NCBI RefSeq assembly: GCF_963921235.1
Contig: NC_086097.1
Coordinates: forward strand, 163,372,001-163,436,000
DNA from: Mobula hypostoma
Lineage: Eukaryota
Reading direction: 5' to 3'
DNA length: 64,000 nucleotides
Shown: in pieces, positions 61,186 through 64,000 of the stretch
How positions within the stretch are numbered: position 1 is the stretch's first letter
Layout of the letters: the number at the start of each line of letters is the position of its first letter
Notes under the pieces: model-generated
The model's database searches: none
What the model saw: the letters and a program-made list of their open reading frames with translations, nothing else
Told to the model about the DNA's origin: nothing
Translations under genes and position numbers: made by a program

Positions 61186-63020
61186 ACCACAAGACCATAA
61201 GATATAGGAGCAGAATTAGGCCATTTGACCCATTGAGTCTGCTCCACCATTTCATCATGGCTGATCCATTTTTTTCTTCTCTGTCCTGATCTCCTACCTC
61301 TCCCCCCCCCCCCCCCCATGTCTCTTCATGCCCTTACCAATCAAGAACCTATCAAACTCTGTCTTAAATATACATAAAGACCTGGCCTCCACAGCAGCCT
61401 GTGGCAACAAGTTACACCGATTCACCACTCTCTGGCTAAGGTAATTCCTCCTCATTTCTGTTCTAAAAGGACACTCCTCTATTCTGAGACACTGTCCTCT
61501 GGTCTTAGGCTCTCCCACCACAGGAAAAGTCCTCTCCACATCCACTCTGTCCAGCCCATTCACCATTTGGTAGATTTCAATTAGGTCACACGCACCTCCC
61601 CCACCCCCACCATTTTAAGTACCAGTGAATAAAGGCCCAGAGCCATCAAAGGTATTTCATATGACAAGCTATTTAATCCTGAAATTATTTTTGTGAACCT
61701 CCTTTGAGCCCTCCCCAGTTTCAGCACATCTTTCTAAGATAACGACCCAAAACTGCACACAATACTCTAAGTGAGGCCTCACCAGTGCTTTACAAAGTCT
61801 CAACATTACTACTTGCTCTATATTCTAGTCCTCTTGAAATGAATGATAATGTTGCACTTGCCTTCTGAAAAGCAGACTCAACCTGCAAATTAACCTTTAG
61901 GGAATCCTGCACAATGTCTCCCAAATCCCTTTGCGCCTCAGATTTTTGTATTTTCTCGCTATTTAGAAAATCGTCAACCCTTTCATTTCTTCTACCATAG
62001 TGCATGACCATACGTTTCCCAACACTGTACTCTATCTGCCATTCCTTTGCCCATTCTCCTAATCTATCAGTCCTTCTGTCGCCTTTTTACTTTGTCAAAA
62101 CTACTCACCCCTCCACCTGTCTTTGGATTTTCTCTTGAGGAAACCATGCTGACTACGGGCTATTTTATTATGTGCCTCCGAGTACCCCAGAACCACATCC
62201 TTAATGATGCACTCAAAAATCTTCCCAACCACCACGGTCCTATAATTTCCTTCCTTCTGCCTCTCTCCCTTGAAAAGTGGAGTGAAAATTGCAATTTTCT
62301 AGTCTTCCAGAACCATTCCAGAATCTAGTGATTCTTGAAAGATCGTTATTAATATCCCCACAATCTCTTCAGCCACCCCTTTCAGAACCCTGGGGCGTAC
62401 ATCATCTGGTCTCGATGGCTTATTTACCTCAGCCCTTTCAGTTGCCCAACAACCTCTCTGGTAATGGGAACTCACACACTTCAGGACTCCTGACACCTGG
62501 AACTTCCATCATACTGACAGTGTCTTCCACAGTGAAGGCTGATGCAAAGTGCTTATTCAGCTGATTGGCCATTTCTTTGTCCCCCATTACTACCTCTCTA
62601 ACACTGTTTTCCAGCAGTCTGATATCAACTCTCGCCTCTCTTTTACACTTTATCAGAAGAAACCTGTCATATGGTTGTGGAAGGATTGCTGATCTGTGAA
62701 GGATGTCATTATGAATCATCACATTTCCCATTTCCCAAGAGTCTGTGCTTAGGCAACCTCACTAGTCCTTAAAGAGACTTCTTACTATCTTGACATAAGA
62801 GTTCTCCTTTAACTTATCTGTCAAGACTATCTCATGTCTTGTTTTTTTGCCCTTCTAATTTCCTTCTTGTGTACTCCAACATCCCTTGTTTCCTTAAGGG
62901 ATTCAATTGATCCCAGATGCCTAATCCTGACACTTGCTTCCTCCCTTTTTCTGAGTACTCCCTCAACATCCCCAATTATCCAGGGTTTCCTAATCCTGCC
63001 AGCTTTGACCTTGACTTAAA
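61186..63020 (-). mobile_element. CR1 fragments (61186-62655 and 62745-63020)
   Basis: 'LNKHFASAFTVED', 'RPRVLKGVAEEI', 'QRDLG', 'TRGQCLRI...RVVN'; 'agaccacaagaccataagatataggag' tail. Confidence 0.9.
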
Positions 63021-63059
63021 TAGGAACGTATTGGCCCTAAACTCTTCTTGCCACACGTT

Positions 63060-63430
63060 TAAAAGCCTCCAAAGTGCCAGACTTGTCTCTGGAGTGCAGC
63101 ACCCATGGTCTGAGAACACATCTCTGATGGCGCCTGCTCTCTGCCACCACAAAGCACAATATCAGTCAGTACATGGCAATACCACCACCTGCAGTTTCTC
63201 CACCAAGCCAGGTGCCATCCTGAATTAGAAAGGTTTTGTTTGTCCATTGTCATTGGATCCAAATCCTGAGGATTGCTGGCTAGCTTCACTGTAGAGGTGT
63301 TGACACCAGAGGGATTGCACCAGCTCTGGAACCTGACCCACAAACACCTCCTCAAAGGCAAATAGGGATAAATAATAATTGCTGGCCCTACCCACAGCCA
63401 CATGCTGCATAAATGAGAATACTAAAAAAC
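63060..63430 (+). mobile_element. 3' end of an L2/CR1-group LINE
   Basis: 'catggcaataccaccacctgcagtt...ccatcctga...caaatcctg...ctcaaaggcaaatagggat...gctggcc' followed by an A-rich end. Confidence 0.55.
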
Positions 63431-64000
63431 CAGTTGATGTTCCTTGTTTGAACTTATTATTGAGGTGTGATGACAGGGTTGAGGCAGCGCCTCTGAATCT
63501 GTTTCCAGATTAAGTTTGTGCCTATGCTGAGAAGTGTGAGATCACAGAATTGAGAAAAAAAATTCTTCCGCTTTCTCTGAGTATGTTTTGGACATGCAGG
63601 GTGTTGATTACATGATGGGGTAATAGTGGGAAATATTAGTGGTCCACACAATACAAGGAAGCTGATTTTAAATGAAACATACTTTGAAATGCCCATGGTT
63701 AATCATGAATTCCATTTTTGATTTTTTTCACTGTGCTTGGCTCAATGACACCCAAGCATTCTTCCTGTAATGTAACCTCACGATTAAACTAATTAAATCA
63801 AATTATTTTTAGAATTCAATTCCAATAGAGTCAACAAGAGGTTATTGACACTGATGACCTTTGGAATCCTTTTGGACATTATGGCACAGAAGAGTGTCAT
63901 TTGGTCCATTGTCTAGTGAGGGTTCATAGAAGAGCTTCCTTATTAATTACTCATCAGTATAACAAGTCTTTTGTAACTGCTTGCTTCCTTGTAGATAGAT

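Overview
Repeat-dense vertebrate genomic DNA with no recognisable host protein-coding exon; probably an intron or intergenic region. The repeat spectrum (CR1, Rex1/Babar, V-SINE/HE1-like, Deu/SacSINE-like, Neptune-type Penelope) suggests a cartilaginous fish, probably a ray (inference). Main elements: (1) a young 5'-truncated Penelope-like element (PLE) with an uninterrupted RT + GIY-YIG frame, inserted just upstream of the protease motif of an old Gypsy LTR element (36.3-43.4 kb); (2) a near-full-length degenerate CR1 with an esterase-type ORF1 (24.2-28.0 kb); (3) many nested LINE fragments, two TA-flanked DNA-transposon derivatives and a probable solo LTR. Most notable: the PLE 3' end carries a minimal type I hammerhead ribozyme, and this end recurs as short non-coding fold-back insertions. 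Two of the three young ones invert exactly inside the ribozyme helices, and there are about ten older decayed relatives. Boundaries of old repeats were set by eye and are approximate.
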